NCBI GenBank assembly: GCA_043813605.1
Contig: JBDRKX010000081.1
Coordinates: forward strand, 1-38,754
Direction: 5' to 3'
DNA from: Elusimicrobiota bacterium
GTDB taxonomy: Bacteria > CG03 > SLGR01 > JBDRKX01
DNA length: 38,754 bases
Below are positions 9,894 through 19,639 of the stretch, piece after piece (the first letter of the stretch is position 1; each line of letters starts with the position of its first letter). The notes under the pieces were generated by a model. The model made no database searches and was not told the DNA's origin. It was given only the letters and a program-made list of their open reading frames with translations. The translations under genes and the position numbers were made by a program.

Positions 9894-11460
9894 ATTCATC
9901 ATCATCGGTCTTGATGGAGCATCATACTCCTTGATAGGCGACTGGATCGATAATGGCGAACTGCCTAATCTCAGAGCCATCAAAGATACCGGCTATTCCT
10001 CAATCCTTCAAAGTACTATACCTTTTCATTCCGCCCCTGCCTGGACTTCAATGATAACCGGCGTTAATCCCGGCAGGCACGGTATATTTGATTTTTTTTA
10101 TGTTAAGGACCGGGACATACATACTGTAAATTCACATTGCCGGAGAAGAAGTGCTTACTGGAATATACTGGACGGGTACGGGTTGAGATCACTGGTTATC
10201 AATGTGCCGTGTACCTATCCGCCGGAACCATTGAACGGATGCATGATAACCGGTATAATGACACCTTCAAAGAAGTCACAGTTTACATATCCTGACGCTC
10301 TTAAGAATGAACTGCCTGATTATCAGCTGGATTCATGGTGGCAGGCCCTTCCTTTTATGGCTGATTTTAAAGATAAGAAAAAACTGCTGGGAATTACAAA
10401 GAAGATCATTGATATGCGTTTTGCCACTCTGATAAAACTCATGTCAGAGAACGAATGGGACACAGCTTTTTTAGTCGTAAGGATACTGGACCATATTCAG
10501 CATTATCTATGGGAAGACAGGGATGTCCTTCTGGAAGCCTATAAGCACATTGACAGGTATGTAGGCATGATCCGAAAAGATTACGGATATTCCAACTTAT
10601 TTATAGTATCCGATCACGGATTCCGTGCCGCATCAAAGTGTTTCTATGCGAACAATTTCCTTGCCAATAACGGTTATCTTAAGTTTACTGAGGGGGTCTC
10701 CATGAGGATAATAATCCTGAAGGGTATTCTGAACAGGATGATTGCTTTCATTCTCAGGATTTTTTCTAAAATATTTAATCTTGACAGGATGACGCAAAAC
10801 TCTGCGATAAGAAAACTGATCGATTCGTATGTCTTTACGCCGCCCCAGATATTTAAGACATCGCAGGCGTATAACTCGTCTGCATCATCATGCGGTATCT
10901 TTCTGAATGATAAAAGTATCCGGAACGATATTGTCGAAAAACTGAAATGTATTAAGGATCCGGAAACAGGCAGGGAAGTTATTAAGTCCGTATATCTTCG
11001 TGAAGATATCTTCGACGGGGATTGTGTGAAGGATGCGCCTGATATAATATTCCTGGTTAATGATGATTATACCATGTCTGATAGATTGTTTGCGGTAGGG
11101 GCGCGTTTTAAGGATATTTTTTCGGCTGATAAAAAACTGGCGGAAGTTTACAGCACCCGGGAATTCGGTCACATAGGAGAGCATGCCAGGAACGGTATCA
11201 TGATGGCAGCCGGTCCGCTGATAAAGCATTTTACAGGAGAGACGGACAGCATTTATGATATTGTGCCGACACTTCTATACGGTATGGATCTGGGCCGGAT
11301 CGAGAATACTGACGGCAGAATAATGGATATTTTCAATAAAGAGTTAAACATGAAGAGCTTTAAGTCACAGCCGAGAAAAGGCCACGGAGATTATAGAATG
11401 GATGAAGATGACGAAGAGACCATTAAGATGCGTCTCAAGGAACTTGGATATTTTGGTTAG
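9868..11460 (+). CDS. Alkaline phosphatase superfamily protein (nucleotide pyrophosphatase/phosphodiesterase type, COG3379-like)
   Basis: IIGLDGAS, STIPFHSAPAWTSMITGVNPGRHGIFDF, DHIQH, VSDHGF, GEHARNG, C-terminal RLKELGY. Confidence 0.88.
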   Translation: MKEKNEKNKFIIIGLDGASYSLIGDWIDNGELPNLRAIKDTGYSSILQSTIPFHSAPAWTSMITGVNPGRHGIFDFFYVKDRDIHTVNSHCRRRSAYWNILDGYGLRSLVINVPCTYPPEPLNGCMITGIMTPSKKSQFTYPDALKNELPDYQLDSWWQALPFMADFKDKKKLLGITKKIIDMRFATLIKLMSENEWDTAFLVVRILDHIQHYLWEDRDVLLEAYKHIDRYVGMIRKDYGYSNLFIVSDHGFRAASKCFYANNFLANNGYLKFTEGVSMRIIILKGILNRMIAFILRIFSKIFNLDRMTQNSAIRKLIDSYVFTPPQIFKTSQAYNSSASSCGIFLNDKSIRNDIVEKLKCIKDPETGREVIKSVYLREDIFDGDCVKDAPDIIFLVNDDYTMSDRLFAVGARFKDIFSADKKLAEVYSTREFGHIGEHARNGIMMAAGPLIKHFTGETDSIYDIVPTLLYGMDLGRIENTDGRIMDIFNKELNMKSFKSQPRKGHGDYRMDEDDEETIKMRLKELGYFG

Positions 11461-11488
11461 GAGATGAAAGGGACCGGTTCGATGGAAT

Positions 11489-11516
11489 TGGACTTTATAT
11501 ACGATATATGTAAAAT
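11489..11516 (+). promoter_or_regulatory. Putative promoter giving a leaderless transcript for the beta-barrel gene
   Basis: TGGACT, 16 nt, TAAAAT (11511-11516), then 7 nt to ATG 11524; no SD. Confidence 0.5.
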
Positions 11517-11523
11517 ACTTTTA

Positions 11524-12525
11524 ATGAAAAGAATAATACTGGTTTTTTTAATAGTAGCATCATTTATAAGACTTGAAGCTGCTGAATCTCCTCTGAGCGA
11601 AATTTTTTTTGCGGGTGAAATCCCGAATTCTGCCGCAATAGGAAGAGGTATGGCCTATTGTGCGGTGACCCCGAGTCCTTATGCGCCGTACTGGAATCCG
11701 GGTGGTCTTGTTAAGATGCAGCATAGCATGCTGGGAGTTTCCTTTAATCTGAATGCCAATTCGTATACAGAAACACATGTCCTCAAGGACAGTTATCCGT
11801 TGGAAGGAAGATCGCTTAATTTTATCTCGGTATGCGGTGATCAGGTCGGGATATACTGGAGGCCTCTTTCCAGCAGGATCGATTATTCCAGTTGGACAGT
11901 CTCCGGTATAAAGGGAGAAGAGACAATAGAGGGCAAGATAAGCATGTGCGGGGTTACGGTCGCAGTCCCTCATAACGAGCTGGTCGATTTCGGTATGAAT
12001 ATCAATTATATAAGCGGAATTATAGGTGTCTCAAGAGTAGAGGGTAATGATGTGTCATTAGTAGTTTCTGACGGATATGGGTGGGGACTTGACTGGGGGC
12101 TCATATACAGTGTTACCCCGAATGTTAATATGGGATTGACGCTGCTCAACTGTCCTGCCTATATATACTGGGAGGATTATGACAAGGACAGACTGCCGGT
12201 GTTTTTCAGGACGGGATTCGATATAAGGCTTGCAGGGCTCGCAGCGCTGGGAATCGATTATGCAAACGGTCCTGAAGTCGGCCCCGCTACAGGTAACGGT
12301 ATTTTTTATTTTGGAATAGAACAATATGTCAAAAACAATATCATTGCGAGGGCCGGTGTTTCAGGGAAGGATTTCAACGACGCTTATAAAACAATGTATA
12401 CTGCCGGACTCGGTTTTTCTTCCAATGGTTACGGTATAGACATAGCTTTCAGACATTACTATCTGGATAATAACGAATCTTCAAAAGTGACGAGAAGCTC
12501 AGTATCGGGAGTAGTGCCTTTTTAG
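11524..12525 (+). CDS. Outer-membrane beta-barrel protein, PorV/PorQ/FadL-like
   Basis: Signal peptide MKRIILVFLIVASFIRLEA, N-terminal SAAIGRGMAYCAV...APYWNPGGL motif, alternating beta-strands (GWGLDWGLIY), terminal Phe. Confidence 0.7.
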   Translation: MKRIILVFLIVASFIRLEAAESPLSEIFFAGEIPNSAAIGRGMAYCAVTPSPYAPYWNPGGLVKMQHSMLGVSFNLNANSYTETHVLKDSYPLEGRSLNFISVCGDQVGIYWRPLSSRIDYSSWTVSGIKGEETIEGKISMCGVTVAVPHNELVDFGMNINYISGIIGVSRVEGNDVSLVVSDGYGWGLDWGLIYSVTPNVNMGLTLLNCPAYIYWEDYDKDRLPVFFRTGFDIRLAGLAALGIDYANGPEVGPATGNGIFYFGIEQYVKNNIIARAGVSGKDFNDAYKTMYTAGLGFSSNGYGIDIAFRHYYLDNNESSKVTRSSVSGVVPF

Positions 12526-12713
12526 ACGGCTTTATCTATCTTATTTGATTTGATACAGTTGGTGCAGACGTTTGTGCGGATTTTTTTGCCTTCCCGCAGG
12601 ATCCTGATCTTCTGGAGATTCGATTTGAATAACCGCCGTGTTCTACGCTTGGATTTACTAACGTTATTTCCGGTAGTTGTTCCTTTATTACAGACGATAC
12701 ATTTTTTACTCAT
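12522..12713 (-). CDS. rpmB: 50S ribosomal protein L28 (Zn-ribbon, C+ type)
   Basis: 63 aa MSKKCIVCNKGTTTGNNVSKSKRRTRRLFKSNLQ...VCTNCIKS; divergent from recG. Confidence 0.95.
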   Translation of the reverse strand: MSKKCIVCNKGTTTGNNVSKSKRRTRRLFKSNLQKIRILREGKKIRTNVCTNCIKSNKIDKAV

Positions 12714-12720
12714 GAAGAGA

Positions 12721-12749
12721 AATATAGCAAATTCGTACGGATAATGCAA
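12721..12749 (-). promoter_or_regulatory. rpmB promoter (extended -10), leaderless architecture
   Basis: Minus strand TTGCAT (12749-12744), 17 nt, TGc-TATATT (12726-12721), then 7 nt to ATG; no SD. Confidence 0.65.
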
Positions 12750-12764
12750 ATCTGCCGTTAAAAT

Positions 12765-14831
12765 ATGAAAATTGATATATCCAAAGAGGCGCGTTATGTA
12801 AAAGGTGTCGGCGAGAAGCGTGCTGAACACCTGAACAGATTAGGTATAAACACTGTCTGCGATATCCTGCAGTATTATCCCGTCCGTTATGAAGACAGGC
12901 GTAATGTCAGAGAGATAGCCATGGTCAATCACGATGATACTGCGCTGGTAAGAGGGATTATCACAGAGAGCAGCTTAAAAAGACTAAAAAGGGGGGTAAA
13001 GCTTTCAACTATGATCCTTGAAGACGAAAGTTCCAGCCTGCGGCTTCTCGGTTTTAACCAGCCTTTTCTTAAAGATGTGCTGAAGACAGGTACAGAGGTC
13101 TTTGTGCACGGCAGATTTTCCAGGAAAAGAAATTGTATTGAAACATCAAATTTTACATATGAGACAGTAAAATCGGATGATGATGATTTGATCCATCTGA
13201 ACAGGATCGTTCCGATATATACTCTTACATCCGGTATAAGCCAGAAATGGATCAGGCGGATAATATATGACATATTGGAAAAGGGCCAGCCTGAACTGGC
13301 CGAATTTATCCCGGCGGAAATAATCAGGAATGAAAAATTACCCGGTATAAACGACGCTATCCGAGACATACATTTTCCGAAAGAGATGCGCGATGCACAG
13401 AGTGCCAGAAGAAGGATGAAAATGACTGAATTTTTTGTCTTTCAGACTGCATTAGCCATTAAAAAGGCCAATAGCGGGCGTATCCTGAAAAAGCGCCGCT
13501 ACAGTGTAAAAAAAGAGCTGCTTACCCCATTCAGGAAAAGACTGGGTTTCGAATTTACTAACGGGCAGAAAAAAGCTATCAATGAGATCTTTGCCGATAT
13601 GACATCAGAATACCCGATGAGGAGACTGCTCCAGGGCGATGTGGGCAGCGGTAAGACTGTTGTGGCTATTTCCGCTGTACTGCTGGCAGTTGAAAATTCA
13701 TATATGGGGGTAATTGTGGCTCCTACGGAGATACTGGCGGAACAGCATTTTTTAACCTTCAGATCCTACATGAATGGCACGGGAGTGAGGATAGAGCTGC
13801 TTACAGGCAATACTAAAAAGAAAGCCAGGCAGGATATATTGTCGGGGGTTTCTTCGGGTGATGTGGATATCCTTATAGGTACTCATGCTCTTTTGCAGGA
13901 AGACGTAGAGCTTCCCCGGGCAGCTGTCATGATAATCGATGAGCAGCACAGGTTCGGAGTGAATCAGAAAGCAGTACTGATGAACAAAAGAGAAGCGCTG
14001 GATGTACTTTATATGAGTGCGACACCGATCCCCAGGACACTTGCCATGTGCAGCTATGGGGATCTTGATATCTCTACAATAAGGGAACTGCCCGCTAACA
14101 GAAAAAAACCTCACACTTTCCATGTGTCTGAAGATGAGGCCTATAAAATAGCTTTGAGAGAGATATCTGCCGGGAATCTCGTATATATAGTGCATCCCCT
14201 GATCAGTGATTCTGATAAGGCGGAATGGAAATCTGCCGATAAGAGGTTCCACGAGTTAGGGAAAACCGTGTTCTCTGATCATGCCTGCGGGCTGCTTCAC
14301 GGGCGCATGACGGGTGATGAGAAAGAAGAAGTAATGAAGAAATTTTCCCGGGGAGTATACAGTGTACTGTTTACGACAACCATAGTGGAAGTGGGTGTCG
14401 ATGTCTCAGCGGCAACAGTGATGATCATAGAAAATTTTGAAAGATACGGCTTATCGACGCTCCATCAGCTTCGCGGCAGGATAGCAAGGAGTTCCAGGCA
14501 GCCTTACTGTCTTCTTACGGGAAATACAGGAACGCCGCAGTCCGGGAAAAGGCTGGAGGTCATGCTGTCCGGCGTCGATGGATTCCTGATAGCGGAAGAA
14601 GACCTGAGAATCAGGGGCGCAGGGGAACTGTTCGGTACAAAACAGCATGGACTGATGGAATTCAGGATAGCCGATCCGGTCAGGGATATGGATATACTTG
14701 AACAGGCAAGGAACTATGCATTCCGGATTGTTGATAAAGATATTAAACTGGCATCCTCAGAAAACCGGTTGCTGAAGAAAAAAGTGTTTGAAGAATACGA
14801 CAGCAGATTCCATCTGGCTGATGTGAGTTGA
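12765..14831 (+). CDS. recG: ATP-dependent DNA helicase RecG
   Basis: [78 protein letters not shown]. Confidence 0.97.
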   Translation: MKIDISKEARYVKGVGEKRAEHLNRLGINTVCDILQYYPVRYEDRRNVREIAMVNHDDTALVRGIITESSLKRLKRGVKLSTMILEDESSSLRLLGFNQPFLKDVLKTGTEVFVHGRFSRKRNCIETSNFTYETVKSDDDDLIHLNRIVPIYTLTSGISQKWIRRIIYDILEKGQPELAEFIPAEIIRNEKLPGINDAIRDIHFPKEMRDAQSARRRMKMTEFFVFQTALAIKKANSGRILKKRRYSVKKELLTPFRKRLGFEFTNGQKKAINEIFADMTSEYPMRRLLQGDVGSGKTVVAISAVLLAVENSYMGVIVAPTEILAEQHFLTFRSYMNGTGVRIELLTGNTKKKARQDILSGVSSGDVDILIGTHALLQEDVELPRAAVMIIDEQHRFGVNQKAVLMNKREALDVLYMSATPIPRTLAMCSYGDLDISTIRELPANRKKPHTFHVSEDEAYKIALREISAGNLVYIVHPLISDSDKAEWKSADKRFHELGKTVFSDHACGLLHGRMTGDEKEEVMKKFSRGVYSVLFTTTIVEVGVDVSAATVMIIENFERYGLSTLHQLRGRIARSSRQPYCLLTGNTGTPQSGKRLEVMLSGVDGFLIAEEDLRIRGAGELFGTKQHGLMEFRIADPVRDMDILEQARNYAFRIVDKDIKLASSENRLLKKKVFEEYDSRFHLADVS

Positions 14832-14856
14832 ATCATTGAGTATTTTTAAATATACT
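14828..14856 (+). promoter_or_regulatory. Sigma70-type promoter for pilT-coaD
   Basis: TTGAAT (14828-14833), 17 nt, TATACT (14851-14856). Confidence 0.6.
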
Positions 14857-14890
14857 TTAGTGGTAATATAGAAAGGATACTAATATATCA

Positions 14891-15880
14891 ATGAACACAT
14901 TAAAATCTATGGCTTATCTGCTTAACCTTGTTTTTGAAAAAGGGGCTTCAGACCTTCACCTGATTTCAGGTTCACCCCCGGTACTCAGGATAAGAGGTGA
15001 GCTTGTTAAAATAAACGATGAGAAACTGGACCAGAATCAGTGTGAAGAACTCATCTTCAGCCTCTTGACAGAACAACAGAAACAGGAGTTCGCGAAGGAA
15101 AAAGAGCTTGATTTTTCTTTTGGTGTAAAAGATCTGGGCCGGATCAGGATGAATGTCGGTATGCAGAGGAGTTCAGTATGCGCGGCACTCAGGGCAATAC
15201 CGAACAGAATACTTACTTTTGAACAGCTGGGATTGCCAAAAGTCATTTATAAAATCGTCAAGATGAAATCAGGGCTTGTCCTTATTACGGGGCCGACCGG
15301 CTGCGGCAAGTCTACAACACTTGCTTCGATCGTCAATTATCTGAATGAGACAAGACAGGCGCATATAATAACTGTGGAAGATCCTATAGAATATGTACAT
15401 GAACACAAGAAATGCATAGTCAGGCAGAGAGAACTGGGCCAGGATACGCATTCATTTGCCAATGCGTTGAAATACGCAATGAGACAGGATCCCGATATCC
15501 TGATGATAGGAGAGATGAGGGACCGTGAAACTGTCCAGGCAGCTCTGACCTTCGGGCAGACGGGACATCTCGTTCTGGCTACTCTCCATACACCGGATGC
15601 CACGCAGACGGTAAACAGGATAATAGATATTTTCCCGGCCGGTCAGAGAGACCAGGTAGGAAGCCTGCTCTCCATGTCTCTCCAGGCGGTGTTCTGCCAG
15701 CAGTTGATTAGAAGAAAGGACTCCGATGAACTGAAACTTGCTGTGGAGATAATGCTGGCTACTTCCGGTATAAGGAATATGATCCGGGAAGGAAAGATCG
15801 AACAGATATACTCTGCCATAAAAACCGGCGGGCAATATGGTATGCAGACTATGGAAGATGCCCTGATGTCGGCAGAATAG
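14891..15880 (+). CDS. pilT: PilT/PilU family retraction ATPase, divergent short paralogue
   Basis: ASDLHL, GPTGCGKSTT, TVEDPIEY, RQDPDILMIGEMRD, QTGHLVLATLH, GIRNMIRE; 329 aa. Confidence 0.92.
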   Translation: MNTLKSMAYLLNLVFEKGASDLHLISGSPPVLRIRGELVKINDEKLDQNQCEELIFSLLTEQQKQEFAKEKELDFSFGVKDLGRIRMNVGMQRSSVCAALRAIPNRILTFEQLGLPKVIYKIVKMKSGLVLITGPTGCGKSTTLASIVNYLNETRQAHIITVEDPIEYVHEHKKCIVRQRELGQDTHSFANALKYAMRQDPDILMIGEMRDRETVQAALTFGQTGHLVLATLHTPDATQTVNRIIDIFPAGQRDQVGSLLSMSLQAVFCQQLIRRKDSDELKLAVEIMLATSGIRNMIREGKIEQIYSAIKTGGQYGMQTMEDALMSAE

Positions 15881-15885
15881 CAATA

Positions 15886-16380
15886 ATGAAAAAAGACCTG
15901 GTAAAGAAAATAGCCGTTTATCCCGGAAGTTTCGATCCTCCTACCAACGGTCATCTTGACGTGATAGAACGTGCAATTTCAATTTTTGATGAACTGGTGA
16001 TAGTCGTTGTAACAAATCCGTCAAAAAAAACACTGTTTTCAGTCGAAGAGCGTGTCGAGATGATGACAAGGATATATGCCGGCCGGGATGATATTGAAGT
16101 AGCGGACTATGATGGCCTTCTTATTGAAATTGCCAGAAAAAGAAATGCTACTACAATAGTAAGGGGTTTGAGGGCTGTGTCGGATTTTGAATATGAGTTC
16201 GAGATGGCACTGATGAACAGAAAACTGGATCCGGATATTAAATCGATATACCTGATGCCGTCACCGGAATTCACGTATTTATCTTCTTCTATAATAAAGG
16301 AGGTCTTTTCACTGGGAGGTGATGTGGACACACTTATTCCTCCCATTGTGAAAGAGTTTCTTGAAAAGAAGTACAGATAA
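15886..16380 (+). CDS. coaD: Phosphopantetheine adenylyltransferase
   Basis: AVYPGSFDPPTNGHLD, IVRGLRAVSDFEYE, LSSSIIKE. Confidence 0.97.
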   Translation: MKKDLVKKIAVYPGSFDPPTNGHLDVIERAISIFDELVIVVVTNPSKKTLFSVEERVEMMTRIYAGRDDIEVADYDGLLIEIARKRNATTIVRGLRAVSDFEYEFEMALMNRKLDPDIKSIYLMPSPEFTYLSSSIIKEVFSLGGDVDTLIPPIVKEFLEKKYR

Positions 16381-16429
16381 GTGGCATTAAATATATTACG
16401 GATTACCGTTTCATTTTATATAGACGAAT

Positions 16430-17296
16430 ATGTGGATAGAGAAAATAAGAAAAGAAGCTGCCGGTCATAAAAAATCGCTCATTTTTCCCGAGGGAAAGGA
16501 CAGCCGGGTGATCCGGGCCGCGAAAACGGTCAGGGATATGGGTATTGCCGATGTTACCGTTATGAGCGATAAGGAAGAAGCCGGCCTCGATACTATAATA
16601 TGTGAAGAGAATGTACTAAAGGCAGCAGCACAGATGGTATCTGCCGGCGAATATGACGGTATGGTAGCCGGCGCCGTCAATACTACTGCGGATGTAGTAA
16701 GGGCATCGATCAAAAACATCGGTGTGGATCCTGAGATATCTGTTGTATCATCTTTTTTTATCATGGAATCAGGGAATACATCTATAGGAGAAAACGGAGC
16801 ATTCCTTTTTGCCGATTGTGCGATCATCCCGGAGCCGGATGCGAGAAAACTTGCCGGAATAGCCCATGCAACGGCTAATAATGCCCGTCTGCTGATGGGC
16901 TGGGAACCGCGTGTGGCATTTCTTTCGTTTTCAACAAAAGGCAGTTCAAAGCATAATGAAGCTTTGAAGGTAGCTGATGCTGTGAAAGAACTTGAGAAAA
17001 GAAAACCGGATTACTTATATGACGGCGAGCTCCAGCTCGATACCGCATTAGTCCCGGAAATAGCTCAAAAAAAAGATCCCGAAGGCCTGCTCGGCGGGAA
17101 AGCTAATATACTTATTTTCCCTGATCTTAATTCTGCAAATATTGCGTACAAGATAACTGAAAGACTGGGAGGGTACAGGGCAGTGGGCCCGATACTCCAG
17201 GGATTTAAAAAACCTGTTAATGATCTTTCCCGGGGATGCAGTGTAGATGATATTGTGGATGTAGCGGCAGTGACCGTCTTACAGGCAATAAGATGA
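16430..17296 (+). CDS. pta: Phosphate acetyltransferase (short form)
   Basis: FPEGKDSRV, FLFADCA, AFLSFSTKGS, DGELQLDTA, FPDLNSANIAYK, GPILQG, VNDLSRGCS. Confidence 0.92.
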   Translation: MWIEKIRKEAAGHKKSLIFPEGKDSRVIRAAKTVRDMGIADVTVMSDKEEAGLDTIICEENVLKAAAQMVSAGEYDGMVAGAVNTTADVVRASIKNIGVDPEISVVSSFFIMESGNTSIGENGAFLFADCAIIPEPDARKLAGIAHATANNARLLMGWEPRVAFLSFSTKGSSKHNEALKVADAVKELEKRKPDYLYDGELQLDTALVPEIAQKKDPEGLLGGKANILIFPDLNSANIAYKITERLGGYRAVGPILQGFKKPVNDLSRGCSVDDIVDVAAVTVLQAIR

Positions 17297-17321
17297 AAAG
17301 AAAGGAAAAATAAGGAGACAT

Positions 17322-18395
17322 ATGAATATTTCAATGGATAGTCTGTTGATGCTGATGTTTGAGAAGAGGGCATCAGATCTGCATATGATACCGGGTGCTG
17401 CACCGGCAATGAGAGTAGAAGGCAACCTTATGAGGCTGGACACCGATATTCTGAATAAACAACGGTGCCGTGAACTTATATACAGCGTACTGACAGACAA
17501 GCAGAAAGAGCAGTTTGAAGCTGAAAGCGAACTCGATCTTTCGTTTGCCGTGCAGGATCTGGGCAGGGTAAGGATGAACGTATATATACATCGTTCATGC
17601 GTGTGCGCTGCTTTCAGGTCAATACCTAACGAGATGAAGACTTTTCAGGATCTCGGGCTTCCTGCAGCGATAAATGATATAGTAACCTTTTATGCCGGAC
17701 TGGTACTTGTTACCGGGCCTACCGGGAGCGGTAAATCTACAACTCTGGCTTCGGTGATAGATTACCTGAATCAGCATAGGAAATCCCACATAATAACTAT
17801 CGAAGACCCTATCGAATATGTTCATAATCATAAGAACTGCCTGGTAAGCCAGAGGGAAGTGGGTTCGGATACCGCGTCGTTCCCCAATGCGCTCAAATTC
17901 GCCATGCGCCAGGATCCCGATATAATACTTATCGGAGAGATGAGGGATCTTGAGACCATCGGGGCGGCATTGACTATCGCTGAAACCGGGCACCTTGTTT
18001 TTGCGACACTGCATACTCCGGATGCTCCCCAGTCGATCAACAGGATCATAGATGTTTTTCCTCCTTATCAGCAGAACCAGGTAAAGAGCCAGTTATCAAT
18101 GGTGCTCATGGCTGTTCTGTCTCAAAAGCTTGTCACAAGGAGCAAACACAAGGGCGGAGGCATTATCGTAGCGGTAGAAGTGCTTATGGTCACAGCCGGA
18201 GTGAGGAATATGATAAGAGACGGCAAGATCGAACAGATCCGGTCCGCTATGCAGTCCGGCGGCGAGACACATATGCAAACCATGAATATGGCTTTATGCC
18301 GGCTTTACAAAGGCGGTGAGATCACATACGATCAGGCCCTGGAATACTCTCTGGACAGAAAAGACATGCTGAGTGTTCTCGGGAATAAATCCTGA
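17322..18395 (+). CDS. pilT: Type IV pilus retraction ATPase PilT
   Basis: GPTGSGKSTT, TIEDPIEY, RQDPDIILIGEMRD, AETGHLVFATLH, GVRNMIRD; AAGGAG RBS. Confidence 0.95.
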   Translation: MNISMDSLLMLMFEKRASDLHMIPGAAPAMRVEGNLMRLDTDILNKQRCRELIYSVLTDKQKEQFEAESELDLSFAVQDLGRVRMNVYIHRSCVCAAFRSIPNEMKTFQDLGLPAAINDIVTFYAGLVLVTGPTGSGKSTTLASVIDYLNQHRKSHIITIEDPIEYVHNHKNCLVSQREVGSDTASFPNALKFAMRQDPDIILIGEMRDLETIGAALTIAETGHLVFATLHTPDAPQSINRIIDVFPPYQQNQVKSQLSMVLMAVLSQKLVTRSKHKGGGIIVAVEVLMVTAGVRNMIRDGKIEQIRSAMQSGGETHMQTMNMALCRLYKGGEITYDQALEYSLDRKDMLSVLGNKS

Positions 18396-18407
18396 AAGGC
18401 CGAGTAG

Positions 18408-19628
18408 ATGCCAGAATTCGCCTATAAAGCTAAATCAAGTACGGGCTCAATAACCAAGGGCTCCGTTGAGGCAGCAGATCAGAAAGCCGCCATCCAGAAC
18501 CTCAGAGCAAAGAAGCTGCTGGTACTGGAGATAAATGAAAAGAGCGAAGGCGGTCTCAGCAGCTTGATCGGCAAGATAAATCCTTTCAAACCTAAAGTAA
18601 AATCAAAAGATATCGTGATATTCTCGAGGCAGCTTTCTACAATGGTCGGTGCAGGGGTCCCTATCGTGCAGGGACTTAACATACTTTATTCACAAATAGA
18701 AAACCCGGCATTTAAGGTGATCGTGGAAAAAGTCAAAGATGATATTGAAGGAGGTTCGGCAATTGCTGAATCAATGGCAAAACACCCGGCAGCATTCTCT
18801 GAACTTTTCATCAATCTGGTTAAAGCCGGCGAACTTGGAGGTATACTGGATACAATACTCGAACGGCTTGCAGACTACCTGGAAGCGGCTAATCAACTTG
18901 CGGCAAAGGTAAAGGGGGCACTCGTTTATCCGGCGGTAGTATCAACTGTTGCCATAAGTGTGACTGCGTTCCTCCTGATATTCATTATACCGACTTTCGG
19001 TGAGGTTTTCAGTAGTTTTGGAAAAGAGCTTCCCCTCCCGACACAGCTACTCCTGGATCTCAGCGATTTCCTGAGACGCTATATCCTGTTTATGATAGCC
19101 GGTCTGGTAGCGGCGGGTTTCGGGTTTAAGCAGTATGCAAAAACTGACACAGGCAGCAAGAAAATAGATGCGATCAAACTGAATATACCTATTTTCGGAC
19201 AGTTGATAAGGAAAGTCTCCATTGCCAAGTTTACCCGCACATTCGGAACACTGGTAAGGAGCGGCGTACCGATACTCGAGGCGCTGGATACTGTTGCCCG
19301 TACTTCCGGAAACAGGGTCATCGAAGCGGCTGTCCTTGATGCCAAAGAAGCTATAAGGGAAGGAGAGAAAATAGCTGATCCGCTAGGTAAGAGCGGCGTG
19401 TTTCCCCCCATGGTCATGCAGATGATCTCTGTAGGCGAAGAGACGGGAAACCTGGATACCATGCTGACAAAGATAGCTGATTTTTACGATGCAGAAGTCG
19501 ATACCGCGGTCGAAGGATTGACATCGATGATCGAACCGATAATCATAGTCGTCATGGGAATAGTCATAGGCGCGATAGTGATAGCGATGTTCATGCCTAT
19601 ATTCAATATGAGTTCCCTGGTGGAATAG
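18408..19628 (+). CDS. pilC: Type IV pilus inner-membrane platform protein (GspF family)
   Basis: FSRQLSTMVGAGVP, AGELGGILD, ALVYP, LPLPTQ, FPPMVMQMISVGEETGNLD, MFMPIF. Confidence 0.96.
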   Translation: MPEFAYKAKSSTGSITKGSVEAADQKAAIQNLRAKKLLVLEINEKSEGGLSSLIGKINPFKPKVKSKDIVIFSRQLSTMVGAGVPIVQGLNILYSQIENPAFKVIVEKVKDDIEGGSAIAESMAKHPAAFSELFINLVKAGELGGILDTILERLADYLEAANQLAAKVKGALVYPAVVSTVAISVTAFLLIFIIPTFGEVFSSFGKELPLPTQLLLDLSDFLRRYILFMIAGLVAAGFGFKQYAKTDTGSKKIDAIKLNIPIFGQLIRKVSIAKFTRTFGTLVRSGVPILEALDTVARTSGNRVIEAAVLDAKEAIREGEKIADPLGKSGVFPPMVMQMISVGEETGNLDTMLTKIADFYDAEVDTAVEGLTSMIEPIIIVVMGIVIGAIVIAMFMPIFNMSSLVE

Positions 19629-19639
19629 CAACCGGGTTA

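Noticed and set aside
16395..16429. Fourth leaderless promoter before pta
   Set aside because: The hexamer 7 nt upstream is TATATA (lacks the final T) and there is no convincing -35.
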